Source: a virus
Lineage: Duplodnaviria; Caudoviricetes
IMG/VR virus record: IMGVR_UViG_3300049070_000043
Location: 1 to 43,934 of that record
Direction: 5' to 3' (one strand)
Length of the DNA: 43,934 nucleotides
The first letter of the stretch is position 1. Every line of letters starts with the position of its first letter. Below, in pieces: positions 27,564 through 36,934 of the stretch. The notes under the pieces were generated by a model. The model saw only the letters and a list, made by a program, of their open reading frames with translations. It ran no database searches and had not been told where the DNA came from. The translations under genes were made by a program, and so were the position numbers.

Positions 27564-29093
27564 TCACTGCGAAATATTAAAGAAATACGGAGTTTTAGGG
27601 TGAACAATATATAGGCGATGGCGCGACCTAGTGATGGCTACATACCAAACCCGGCACTCGTCATCCTCATTATTCGTGAACTCATTGAATGTTCTCTGAG
27701 CCATGTCAGTCATGAGGACCACATTGTCAGCTTCTCCTCCCTTGACTCCGTGGATGGTGTTGATCTTAATGCGAGGCTCCTGTCTGATGTCCTCGCCTTT
27801 TTGCAGCAGCATTCTGAAGTAAGCCTTGTCCTTATCGCTGATCATATCCAAGGAGGTCAGCCAGTTCTCAGTGGCCTTCAAACCATACTTAGTTCCCAGC
27901 GAGAACATATCGACATACTGGTCATCAGGCACCTGGTCTAGAATCTTCTTGCTGCCCCATATGATCATCTTCTTGGAGGACATATACTGGTAGATGATCT
28001 TAGCCATCGACGCTGGAATCTTCTCGCCTTTCCTCAAAGCCTCCCAATACTTAATAGCCATACCCACATTGAGATCAATTGCAGAGCCATATCGACTTTC
28101 AAAGTAGTATCCCTGGGACACGCAGTATCGGTCATAGTCTCCTAGCAGATACACGTTCCTGGCTAACAGCAGCCATGTGCCTGTTTCCTTACCCATGTCT
28201 ATGTGAGAGACCTCAGTAATGAACTGAACTTCACCAGGCTCCTTCTTGGGTATGTATGACTTGACCGCTCTAGTCTTAATTCTCTGCACAACCTTCTCTG
28301 CCAGCCTGTGCTGGTGGACAGGAACTCGGTAGCTCTGAGTCAGGACTTCGACCTTACCCTGTTGCTGTTGGAATTGCTTGACGTCTGCACCTGCCCAGGA
28401 GTAGATAGCTTGGTCGTCATCCCCGGCAATATACATTAACCGAGCCTTACGCTTGAGTATACCAATCATATCCCACTGGATAGGAGATAAGTCTTGACCC
28501 TCGTCAACCAGGAGAACCTGAATATCAGGCGCTACGTCCTTCTCAATGAAGTTAAGGATCATGTCGGTGAAGTCATACTTGTGATTAACCCTCTTATACT
28601 CTGTCAAAGTGGTGGACAGCAGCACTAGCTCCCTCATGTCAATGTCGTCATTAGGATGCATGGCGCACACGTCAGACAGAGACTTCTTTGTGCTCCTGGC
28701 CAGGTTCTCTAGGAACAGCAGCCGGTCTCCCTTGGTGTGGTAGTTCATGAACCCATCCACGTCTAGCTTCATGGAGGAGATCGTCAGACCCAGCATCTTA
28801 CAGAGAGTGATGTAGTCTGACCACCCCATCACGTGACTAGTCTCTAGCCCATGGAAATGGAAGGCCAGACTGTGGATTGTCCTGAAGTATTGCAGCTTGT
28901 TGTCAGAGAGCTTGAATTCCCTCTTGGCTCTGTCTCTGGCTTCATTAGCTGCCTTCCTGGTGAAGGATACATAGCATATCTCCTGAGCTTGTATCCCATC
29001 CTTTAGGTGCTGCATGACCTTGCCAAGCAGGTGAGTTGTCTTCCCTGTTCCTGGCGGTCCCAATACGATCTTAGTTAGGGTCTCTTGTTTCAT
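27564..29093 (-). CDS. UvrD/Rep-family (SF1) DNA helicase
   Basis: GPPGTGKT, SFTRKAA, VDEGQD, GDDDQAIY, QSYR, TIHGVKGGEADNV and YVAITR motifs. Confidence 0.93.
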   Translation of the reverse strand: MKQETLTKIVLGPPGTGKTTHLLGKVMQHLKDGIQAQEICYVSFTRKAANEARDRAKREFKLSDNKLQYFRTIHSLAFHFHGLETSHVMGWSDYITLCKMLGLTISSMKLDVDGFMNYHTKGDRLLFLENLARSTKKSLSDVCAMHPNDDIDMRELVLLSTTLTEYKRVNHKYDFTDMILNFIEKDVAPDIQVLLVDEGQDLSPIQWDMIGILKRKARLMYIAGDDDQAIYSWAGADVKQFQQQQGKVEVLTQSYRVPVHQHRLAEKVVQRIKTRAVKSYIPKKEPGEVQFITEVSHIDMGKETGTWLLLARNVYLLGDYDRYCVSQGYYFESRYGSAIDLNVGMAIKYWEALRKGEKIPASMAKIIYQYMSSKKMIIWGSKKILDQVPDDQYVDMFSLGTKYGLKATENWLTSLDMISDKDKAYFRMLLQKGEDIRQEPRIKINTIHGVKGGEADNVVLMTDMAQRTFNEFTNNEDDECRVWYVAITRSRHRLYIVHPKTPYFFNISQ

Positions 29094-29098
29094 ATGTT

Positions 29099-30679
29099 CT
29101 AGAATGGTATGTCTCCTGTCTGGGGCGGCGGTTCGAACTTATCTACGTCAGTAGTGAAGGCTTTGACAAAGTAGACATTCAGATACCTACCCTTGGTCAT
29201 GTGAATGCCTTTGTGCTTTACATCATTGTCCTTGAATATTGAATGAATCTGATGGATACGGAAAGCTATGAATCGTTTACGGTCAAGGTAGTCCACGAAG
29301 TCTTGTAGTCTGAAGTAATGGTAGCCCTCGTGATTATATACCAGCCCACGATGCAGACACTCAGCATCCTCTCCTCCAACTCTCTGTGTGCAGAAGTCTT
29401 GTAGATGCTGCATCAGTTGTCCCTTAGGTGTAGACTCGATCGGGACAGGTATTACATTGACTGTGGCCAGGAGTTCTGAGACGATAGACTGCCACATCTC
29501 CCTCTTCATGATGGGTGGCATGATGTTGATTGTCCTCATACAGAGCTTCTGGAAGAGCATTGGGCTAGCAAGATCGTCGGTAGTTAACTCGATACGCTTA
29601 GTTGTGTTGGTGTCCTCCACGTCAATGAACCAGATGGGAGGATCACTGTCGAGCTTGGTCAAGCTGCCTAAGACCGGCATACCAGAGCCAGCCTCCCCCA
29701 CACCATACTTCCTGGTTCTACATAATGACGCATTGCAATAGCTACAGATGGGTTGCTTCTTACACGGGTAATTATACTCTTTCTTGGCTAATGATCCGAT
29801 TACAGTTAGCACCTCTTTAGGTGATAGCTGTGGCTTCATGTAGCTAGAGTTGTAGGTCTCGAGAACCTCTTTCCATTTGTCCGGGTTTGCCTTCTGTGCG
29901 TAGACGCCAAGAGCAAATAGACCTTGGTTTCTTGTTCCCTCTGGGAATCCTTGCTGCACCAGTATCTGTAGGCAAGGTGGGCCGTGGGGTAGCTCCTCTT
30001 CTGACACCCCTATCTTGTAGTCCTTGAGTTCCTGAGCAGTGATAGTTCTAGTGTCTACGTAGTTGATGAACTCTCCAAGGTTCATCTCCTCATTATCCTC
30101 TGCTCTGATGGCAAATCTCTGAGTGTTGACAGCATCGAAGTAGGGCATATTAATCCACTGGCCTACGTCTCCTCGCTCCTTCAGAATGCGTGTCTGCTTA
30201 GGGAATATCTCTGAGTTGCCGTAGCCCACGATGGAAGCAAACTCCTTCAGCCGGCGCTGCATCAGTGCGGCAGAGGCATAGTCCTTCAGAAACAGGAACA
30301 GATGGGCACCACCAGACTTCGATCTGAACTGAACCAGAGGGAGTCTGAGCTTGTATATCCTTTCAGATATTAGCTTACGATCTACGTTATAGTCATCTAT
30401 GTCTATGGCTCCAAACTTGCATTGGTTCTCAGGGTTAATAGGAATGATTCCTAGCTGGGTCTTGCCAGCTAGGTGATCGTCCCATAATGAAGGAGTTACA
30501 GGTTTTCTTACGGTTATTCCGTGGCCTTTGACCTTGCCATCGTCTCTTACTTGCTCACTGTAGTGGAATTTCCCATAAGCTTCTTTGTTACCTTCGAATA
30601 GGGTTAACAGGGTGGGGGTGTATGGGTTCATTAAAGAGAGGGATGGCCCCCTTTGGAGCCATCCGTGCTCTTGAATCAA
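29099..30679 (-). CDS. AEP-superfamily primase with PriCT-like and Cys-rich domains (start 30679 TTG or 30631 ATG)
   Basis: AIDIDD, RSKSGGAHLFLF, PPCL..GTRNQGLF and YPC...C..C....C motifs. Confidence 0.8.
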   Translation of the reverse strand: MIQEHGWLQRGPSLSLMNPYTPTLLTLFEGNKEAYGKFHYSEQVRDDGKVKGHGITVRKPVTPSLWDDHLAGKTQLGIIPINPENQCKFGAIDIDDYNVDRKLISERIYKLRLPLVQFRSKSGGAHLFLFLKDYASAALMQRRLKEFASIVGYGNSEIFPKQTRILKERGDVGQWINMPYFDAVNTQRFAIRAEDNEEMNLGEFINYVDTRTITAQELKDYKIGVSEEELPHGPPCLQILVQQGFPEGTRNQGLFALGVYAQKANPDKWKEVLETYNSSYMKPQLSPKEVLTVIGSLAKKEYNYPCKKQPICSYCNASLCRTRKYGVGEAGSGMPVLGSLTKLDSDPPIWFIDVEDTNTTKRIELTTDDLASPMLFQKLCMRTINIMPPIMKREMWQSIVSELLATVNVIPVPIESTPKGQLMQHLQDFCTQRVGGEDAECLHRGLVYNHEGYHYFRLQDFVDYLDRKRFIAFRIHQIHSIFKDNDVKHKGIHMTKGRYLNVYFVKAFTTDVDKFEPPPQTGDIPF

Positions 30680-31575
30680 CGCCTCCGAGCGGCATGGGCA
30701 TCCGCGTCTTCATCCCCAGGCATTTGATCCTCACTGCCGCCATGTTCCTCCGGCGGTGGTGCAGTAAGGAGCTTGGTATTGTTGGCCATCTCGCCTGTCA
30801 ACTGCTTGGCAGTCTCAGCCAGATGGAGGTCACTCATCGTGAGCACTCGCTCGATCTCGACCTTCCAACCTTGCCAGTTGCCCTTCTCGTTGCTCTCAGG
30901 CACTGTGGTCAGCCGGTAGATGTGGCTATACATCGGTGGGGTCTTGCCACCAATCTTGATAGCCTGCATCATGTTGAGCCACGTCCGTGCCTTCTTCAAC
31001 TGAGTAGAGGTCATGGGGATGATGCAGCGTGCAGGACGCTTCGATTCATCCTCATGATTGACGTCAGTGTTGCCGTCTACGAGCATCAGAACCGAGAAGT
31101 AAGAGGTCGTCTTGATCTCGTTGCCGTTAGGCAAGATGTCCTGATTCTTGTCATTCCGCTTGGTCTTTGTCAGAATGACCGGGGACGGGTGGGATTGAAC
31201 AAACCCTCCACCTTGAGTCCGCGGTCTCCACTCCTGCCAGAGCCTCTGATGAAACACGGGTATCACCAAAAGAGAACTGTCGTCCCCCTTGTCATAGACG
31301 ATTTCCCTCGTGAGGGAATTGATAACCATGCCTGACTTGGCCCCATCAATCTGTCGTGTAGGATAGTCAGGGTGATCTTCGTCCACCTCAGGAGAACCCT
31401 TCTGAAGCAGAACTAGGAACGGTATCCCCAGGTCTTCGGCACGAGTGCCTTCAAACCCGGTTGCTCCTCCCTGTTCACCCCAATTGATGCCTTCGCTTTC
31501 AGCATTATGGGCTTGTTGACGAGCCTTCGGATCTTCAGCAGGCTCACTAGCTGGAGTAGTGCGTGTCTTCTTCAT
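30676..31575 (-). CDS. Putative single-stranded DNA-binding protein
   Basis: DLGIPFLVLLQKGSPEV, EWRPR..GGGF and NEKGNWQGW motifs; acidic C-terminal tail; within replication cluster. Confidence 0.65.
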   Translation of the reverse strand: MKKTRTTPASEPAEDPKARQQAHNAESEGINWGEQGGATGFEGTRAEDLGIPFLVLLQKGSPEVDEDHPDYPTRQIDGAKSGMVINSLTREIVYDKGDDSSLLVIPVFHQRLWQEWRPRTQGGGFVQSHPSPVILTKTKRNDKNQDILPNGNEIKTTSYFSVLMLVDGNTDVNHEDESKRPARCIIPMTSTQLKKARTWLNMMQAIKIGGKTPPMYSHIYRLTTVPESNEKGNWQGWKVEIERVLTMSDLHLAETAKQLTGEMANNTKLLTAPPPEEHGGSEDQMPGDEDADAHAARRR

Positions 31576-31598
31576 AACTAGTATTAGTGTTGTATTGT

Positions 31599-32108
31599 TT
31601 ACTTCTCCACATGGGTCTCCGTGGCTACGTAAACGCCAAAGAGATCATATGGAAAATTCTTCCCTTCCTCCATCATACGTTTGATGAAGGCTTTGAGGGT
31701 TTGAGAATGGACTGCCTCTTTCTCCTGGTAATCGATTGACAGGTCTCCCAAGTATTGCTTCAGAACCTTAAGATCAACCTGATCCTCCTGGCTGGGACCG
31801 AAGGCCATGTTGACCGCGGTCTTGATTAGTGCTCCCTCGCCATTCTGACGGAGCCACTGATGAGCTAGCTTCGATCTAGCCTCTGATATGTTACCGAAAT
31901 ACTTGGTGGCTAGCATCACTGTTTCACCAGTGTCGAGGGTAACTTCCTGGAGACCCAGGCTTACCAGGAACTCAGGTATGATGTCGTCCCTGAAGAATTC
32001 ATACTCTGCTTTCTTGGCCTTGTAGTCAGCCTCAGCTTCAGCAGCTAAGGCTCCGAGCTTCTGCATGTGCTGAACCAGCACCTTTAGGTCTGATAGTTCT
32101 TTACTCAT
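31599..32108 (-). CDS. Replication-module hypothetical protein
   Basis: Coiled-coil N-terminus; WLRQNGEGALIK and VHSQTLKAFIK motifs. Confidence 0.75.
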   Translation of the reverse strand: MSKELSDLKVLVQHMQKLGALAAEAEADYKAKKAEYEFFRDDIIPEFLVSLGLQEVTLDTGETVMLATKYFGNISEARSKLAHQWLRQNGEGALIKTAVNMAFGPSQEDQVDLKVLKQYLGDLSIDYQEKEAVHSQTLKAFIKRMMEEGKNFPYDLFGVYVATETHVEK

Positions 32109-32413
32109 AACTTGACGGAGATGTCCTCCTGATCATACTTCCATCTTTGCTTGTTCCACTTAAGAACACTGATCTTACCATCAGTCTTCTTGAGAGCTAC
32201 GGTGATGGCCAAACCGATAGCTACGGGATCACCTATTGGCAGGATGAAATCCCATGGTTGAATCTTGGTCATGACTCGACTGAGCTTATCAATCATATGC
32301 TCATGCCCACGTTGAAGATCATCCCTGGTAAACACCACGAACAGGTCACCGAACTCTTTGGCGGGATGCAGGTTATGATCTGTCTCTTGAACCACGTATA
32401 CTCGTGACTTCAT
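32105..32413 (-). CDS. Hypothetical protein
   Basis: VYVVQE, PAKEFG and IGDPVAIG motifs; ATGA overlaps at both ends. Confidence 0.75.
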   Translation of the reverse strand: MKSRVYVVQETDHNLHPAKEFGDLFVVFTRDDLQRGHEHMIDKLSRVMTKIQPWDFILPIGDPVAIGLAITVALKKTDGKISVLKWNKQRWKYDQEDISVKL

Positions 32414-32790
32414 AGGGTCAAATATTCTACTATTTCTTTGATATCTTTCTTGCCGAAGACCTTAGACGGGTCTCCTGTTAATCGTTGATACTCCGAGTTC
32501 AGCTTCTCTGTCTGTAACGGATGCTTGAATATGACAACCATCCTGGGCTTAGGCATCTCTATCACCACGAAGACTCTGCCTCCAGCATTGCTACGGCGTC
32601 GACCCCACACATTCTGCTCCTTCCTAACCTTGAAGAAATCCTCAAAGACCTTAAGCTCTAGCCAGGTCTCAATACCATTAAGACAAATGTTAACGTCGGG
32701 GAAACCGTTACTCACGGTGTTCTCTATCCTGACTACGTCGCCAGGAATGTATGGCCGTAGCCACTGCCAGAATCGTTGCTCGGGTCTCAT
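32410..32790 (-). CDS. VRR-NUC / PD-(D/E)XK nuclease (Holliday-junction resolvase-like)
   Basis: RIEN..GFPDV..WLELK..Q..W..GG motifs. Confidence 0.85.
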   Translation of the reverse strand: MRPEQRFWQWLRPYIPGDVVRIENTVSNGFPDVNICLNGIETWLELKVFEDFFKVRKEQNVWGRRRSNAGGRVFVVIEMPKPRMVVIFKHPLQTEKLNSEYQRLTGDPSKVFGKKDIKEIVEYLTL

Positions 32791-34667
32791 TTCCAGTGTT
32801 TACCTATGTATGGTTCGGCGTTGATAGGGATGGTTAAATTGACACAGTTCTCCATTCTGAACTGGATAAGGGCTGCATCCTTCTCCCCTCCGATGGAGTA
32901 ATCTAGCTCGTCATGGACTGTAAGGAGGGGAATCTTACCCATCTCCTTGTAAACCAGGACCATAGCAGCCTTGGTCATATCAGCAGCGGAACCTTGGATT
33001 AGAGCATTGAGAGCCTTGTAGGTGTAGGCACGCTTGAGAGGCACCTTGCCTTCCCACTTGCCGTGTGCTGCCTCCATGGGCAGAGGTGGCTCATACTCGC
33101 TATTCCTGCCCCACTTAGGTTCCCACAGGTCGAACCTTCGACGTCTTCCCAGGATGGTCTTGATGTATCCATTGTTCTCTGCCCTAGCCATGGCTAACTC
33201 CGCCATCATTGCTATGAATGGATTTGCATTACTGAAAGTCTCTTTGATCTGCATGGCTCTGTCCACAGACACACCTAAGTCTCTGGCCAGCTTCTCTTTA
33301 CCCTCGCCATACATAAGGCCCAGGCTGACTACCTTGGCTGGAATCCTCTCAAGGTTTGCTTCAGCACTAACCAGCTTGTAGAAATCTGTGGTCTTGTCAT
33401 TAAGGTAAGCATCCCTCATCTTTGATGCTCCCTGGAACTTCATGATGTAGGCAAAGTGAGTCAGTATTCGTGGCTCCTGCTGAGAGTAGTCAAGCTTGCC
33501 CCATAGCTCTCCCTCATTAGGCAGGAACAGTGACCTAATCTTAGGCGCAATAACCTTGTCCCTGGATGGAATCTGCTGGAGGTTGGGATTACTAGAGGCA
33601 AACCTACCAGACCTGGTCCCACCTTCCTCCCACCTTAGCTGCTGGAACTCAGCATGTATCCTGCCATTGACGTGATACTTGAAGATTAGATCATCTATGA
33701 AAAGGGTGCGCAGTCTGTTGATGTTCCTGACCTCTCTGATCTGCTTGAAGAACTTATGATCACTGTTAGCCAGGAACACCTTGTCGAAAGACGGGTTTCC
33801 CTTGAGTGTCCTCGGCACCGGGAGGTTTAGAAGGCTACATGCTCTCTCGATACTCTTGTTCGACCATACGTCCAGAGTAAAGCCAACAGACTTGCGAAGA
33901 GCATTGTATAGTTTGTCTTCCTCCTTCTTGAGTTCCTTCGACAGCAGAGACGCCTTCTCAAGATCAACACGGACTCCCTGTAGCCGCATGGCCAGGATGA
34001 TTTCAATAAGATCAGATTCGAGGTCGTGTATCTTCTCCAGCCCCTGCCTCTTAAGCTCCACCAGTTGCTTCTCGTAGATATCAAGGGTTAGCTTAGGGTC
34101 AGTCTCCCCATAGCTGCCCACATACTTCGAGTGGAGCATCCATAGTCCAGTCTTTGGGTCCGTGCCGTAGGCTGATGCTGCCTCCTTGAGTAGGCTCTCA
34201 TCCTTCTGTAGGCCCAGCCACTTCTTAGCTAGGCCATTCAGGTCGTAGCCATAGGGAGACTCCTCATCCAATAAAGCCTCTGCAATGCCGGTATCCCTGA
34301 GTCTGCCGGCCACACGTATTCCAAGGAAGGCCAGCCATTCAAGGTCGTAGTCGAGATGATGCCCAACTACCTCCAGGTCGTGCCTTGCCAGAACGTCCGT
34401 GAAGAATTGAATGACTGGCCCCCTAGGGACATTACCACCCATCTCGTGTGCGATAGGATAGTAGGCTTTGAAGCCGGTATCGGTAGCAAATCCGATACCT
34501 ACAGGGTAGCCATCCCGTCGTATTGACCCTGGTCCCAGATCAGTAAGATTCGGGTCTTTGGTTTCTAGATCAATACAGACTCTCTTCACGCCAGTCATAG
34601 CAGGGAAGTCCAGCCTGGGTTTCCAGGTGGCTTCTGGCTCAAAGAGAACTAGATTGATTCCGCTCAT
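32787..34667 (-). CDS. polA: Family A DNA polymerase with 3'-5' exonuclease, Leu762 variant
   Basis: Exonuclease DLET; SGRFASSNPNLQQIP; motif A DYSQQEPR; motif B AKVVSLGLMYG; motif C VHDE. Confidence 0.95.
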   Translation of the reverse strand: MSGINLVLFEPEATWKPRLDFPAMTGVKRVCIDLETKDPNLTDLGPGSIRRDGYPVGIGFATDTGFKAYYPIAHEMGGNVPRGPVIQFFTDVLARHDLEVVGHHLDYDLEWLAFLGIRVAGRLRDTGIAEALLDEESPYGYDLNGLAKKWLGLQKDESLLKEAASAYGTDPKTGLWMLHSKYVGSYGETDPKLTLDIYEKQLVELKRQGLEKIHDLESDLIEIILAMRLQGVRVDLEKASLLSKELKKEEDKLYNALRKSVGFTLDVWSNKSIERACSLLNLPVPRTLKGNPSFDKVFLANSDHKFFKQIREVRNINRLRTLFIDDLIFKYHVNGRIHAEFQQLRWEEGGTRSGRFASSNPNLQQIPSRDKVIAPKIRSLFLPNEGELWGKLDYSQQEPRILTHFAYIMKFQGASKMRDAYLNDKTTDFYKLVSAEANLERIPAKVVSLGLMYGEGKEKLARDLGVSVDRAMQIKETFSNANPFIAMMAELAMARAENNGYIKTILGRRRRFDLWEPKWGRNSEYEPPLPMEAAHGKWEGKVPLKRAYTYKALNALIQGSAADMTKAAMVLVYKEMGKIPLLTVHDELDYSIGGEKDAALIQFRMENCVNLTIPINAEPYIGKHWK

Positions 34668-35101
34668 TCGAAGTTGTATAAAACCCCATCCTTGTCAGGC
34701 ACCTGGTATACCTCGATGCCATAGAACTTGGCTACCTCGAAGGCATCCTTGTCCTTATCATACTTCTTCTCGAAGTATAGCTCCCTAATGTCCAGCCTAC
34801 CGAGGATGGTCATACAGTGAACGCATGGAAACAAAGTGATAACTACGGCTCTGGCCAACCTGCCTCTTAGATTTATAGCCAGGTCCACCTCTGCATGGAT
34901 CATGAACTTTCTCCTGGCGTCTCTGTCATACCAGAATGCTTCGTCCACAGTCTTGGTTCGGTTGAATCCACTGGCCATAAACTCTCCTCTCCAGTCGAGA
35001 GCTATACAGGCAACTTTCATGTATGGATCAGATGAGAAGTTGTCGGCAAACTTCTTCGCCCGATCCATGTATTTCGACTGACTATCGAGTGAGATGAGCA
35101 T
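34664..35101 (-). CDS. dCMP deaminase
   Basis: HAE and PCxxC zinc motifs, S.DP..KV and GFN. Confidence 0.88.
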   Translation of the reverse strand: MLISLDSQSKYMDRAKKFADNFSSDPYMKVACIALDWRGEFMASGFNRTKTVDEAFWYDRDARRKFMIHAEVDLAINLRGRLARAVVITLFPCVHCMTILGRLDIRELYFEKKYDKDKDAFEVAKFYGIEVYQVPDKDGVLYNFE

Positions 35102-35909
35102 ATACAGCCTTAAAGAAACGTGACTTTATCATACTGCTACCGTAGTCTGGGTAGTCCCTCATGATCCGAAGATCATCGATCAGCTCTGTAGTCTCATCCC
35201 ACTCTGCTGGGTCCAGGATGGGGCACTGCCAAGCTGGTTCAGGGTCTTTCAGAGTCATGGATGCTGCCTGTAGGTTCTTCAGATACAGATGCTGACTACC
35301 AGCAGACATCATGAACACACCTAGCTTGACTGGTCTAGCCCTTCTGTTCAGCCGGATGGCTATGCAGACGGCCACCATCACAAAACTGAATACGTCGTAG
35401 GGATACCCTAGCCAGATGTCAGAGCTACGCATGTTGTGAATCACATGCAAGAAGCCATCCCTGACTATGAACTGAGTAGATAGGGTGCAGGGTATATCCT
35501 TGGACGGCTGAGGTTTCCTGTTCCAGCAGGTCATTACTGCCTGCCGGCTGCTGAGGTCGTTCACCAGGGTATCGACTACGTAGCCAAACTGATCTACTAC
35601 GTTAGGCCCATAAGCTCCTGCCAGGGTTACCCCATCATCAGAGTATGCCGCGTAGCTGGGTGCATACTTCTCCAATTCAGATAGCTTGTTGCTGCCTGTT
35701 AGTATCCAGTATGCCTCAGCAAACATGAACCTGTAGCTGACGTTTCGACGCTCGACTGTGAGTATAGGCTGCTTCATCTCAATACATGTAGACATGCCTA
35801 GTATCTCAGTGGTAGCATTGCCCCGTGGCTCGACACGATGGCCAAGCTTGGTCAGGAGATCCAGCATTCTAACCCACACATCGTTCAGCGGGCTTCCAGA
35901 GATGTTCAT
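35082..35909 (-). CDS. Thymidylate-synthase-family enzyme with dCMP-type Asp (putative dCMP methylase/hydroxymethylase)
   Basis: AEAYW, YG, SSRQAV, DIPCT (Cys141), MRSSDIWLGYPYD (Asp172) and HLY. Confidence 0.85.
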   Translation of the reverse strand: MNISGSPLNDVWVRMLDLLTKLGHRVEPRGNATTEILGMSTCIEMKQPILTVERRNVSYRFMFAEAYWILTGSNKLSELEKYAPSYAAYSDDGVTLAGAYGPNVVDQFGYVVDTLVNDLSSRQAVMTCWNRKPQPSKDIPCTLSTQFIVRDGFLHVIHNMRSSDIWLGYPYDVFSFVMVAVCIAIRLNRRARPVKLGVFMMSAGSQHLYLKNLQAASMTLKDPEPAWQCPILDPAEWDETTELIDDLRIMRDYPDYGSSMIKSRFFKAVYAHLTR

Positions 35910-36426
35910 ATATCCTTTCGCATGCCTTGTCGAGGTCTTGTCCGTCAGTGTCGAGGTTATAGAGTAGCACCTTGTTGTAGTCTAACTCCTGAAACAGGTT
36001 CTTGTAGTTAGCATACACTTGGTAATACTGGTCCTTACTAAGAGCATGAGCCGGGTCTTCGTGTCCTGCACGATACCGGTCCCATCCCTTCGCTGAAAAG
36101 CAGAACACATACAGCCCACCCACCCTAGCCAGAGCTTCGTGGATGATAGCAGCCCTAAGTGTATAGTTGTTTCTAGGTCGCAGCAGCCAGCTACCATAGG
36201 CTACTTCTGATGGCCAGAAGCGATCGAGCACAAAGGTCTGTTCTGATTCTTGAATGTTGTCCAAGATGTTCTCGTGATAGTCAGCTAGTCCAGGAAATAG
36301 AGCCTTGGACGCCGTGCAATGCCAGTATATCCAGCCATACTTCTGGGCCAGATGTCGAGACAGTGTGGTCTTCCCACAACAGTCCGGTCCTTCAACGATC
36401 ACCGGTGGGTTCATAATGTTCGCCAT
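35869..36426 (-). CDS. dNMP kinase (thymidylate-kinase-like)
   Basis: IVEGPDCCGKTT P-loop and LDRFWPSE..YG motif. Confidence 0.85.
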   Translation of the reverse strand: MANIMNPPVIVEGPDCCGKTTLSRHLAQKYGWIYWHCTASKALFPGLADYHENILDNIQESEQTFVLDRFWPSEVAYGSWLLRPRNNYTLRAAIIHEALARVGGLYVFCFSAKGWDRYRAGHEDPAHALSKDQYYQVYANYKNLFQELDYNKVLLYNLDTDGQDLDKACERIYEHLWKPAERCVG

Positions 36427-36934
36427 GCTTACCGAATGCAGCTTTGAGTATCTTAACCAGATCAGGTGGAGTATAGGTCATGCCCTTGTGAACCGTGGCC
36501 CCAAATTTACCCTCTCCTGCCGGCACGCATTCCTTGGACATGTTTGACCGCTGTATCTCAGCCCATCCTTCCTGGGTGGGCAGACCCTGGAGATACAGTG
36601 TGCCAAACACAACATACGCAAGGTCGAGGAGAGCATCGAACTGCTTGACTAGGTCTCCCTCCTTAACTGCATCATTGTATTCCTTGAGTTCCTCCCTCAT
36701 GAATTTCGTCCTCCAGGCATACTCCTCTGGTAACGCTCTGGGTGGACCGTCATACACCTGATTGAAAGCCTCATGAAAGGTCTTTATATCAGATACGAAA
36801 TTATCTCCCGGTATGGAGGGCTTGCCGTTCAAGAGAACAGCAAGCCCCTGGGCAATGAATCCCTCGGGAGATACCTGCTCTTCGGAGTCCAGGACTTTAG
36901 CGAACTTCGCTCTTATCTCCTGCTCTTTATTCAT
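36392..36934 (-). CDS. MazG-like all-alpha dNTP pyrophosphohydrolase
   Basis: FHEAF, EELKEY, DALLDLAYV..G and EIQRSNMSK motifs. Confidence 0.85.
   Translation of the reverse strand: MNKEQEIRAKFAKVLDSEEQVSPEGFIAQGLAVLLNGKPSIPGDNFVSDIKTFHEAFNQVYDGPPRALPEEYAWRTKFMREELKEYNDAVKEGDLVKQFDALLDLAYVVFGTLYLQGLPTQEGWAEIQRSNMSKECVPAGEGKFGATVHKGMTYTPPDLVKILKAAFGKHGEHYEPTGDR

Noticed and set aside
30622-31335. 237-aa plus-strand ORF and other long antisense ORFs (e.g. 6181-6837, 14018-14521, 19227-19709)
   Set aside because: They lie opposite well-supported genes and have no motifs; they are likely codon-bias shadows.
35082-35909. Plain thyA annotation
   Set aside because: The specificity residue is Asp rather than Asn, so canonical dUMP methylation cannot be assumed.
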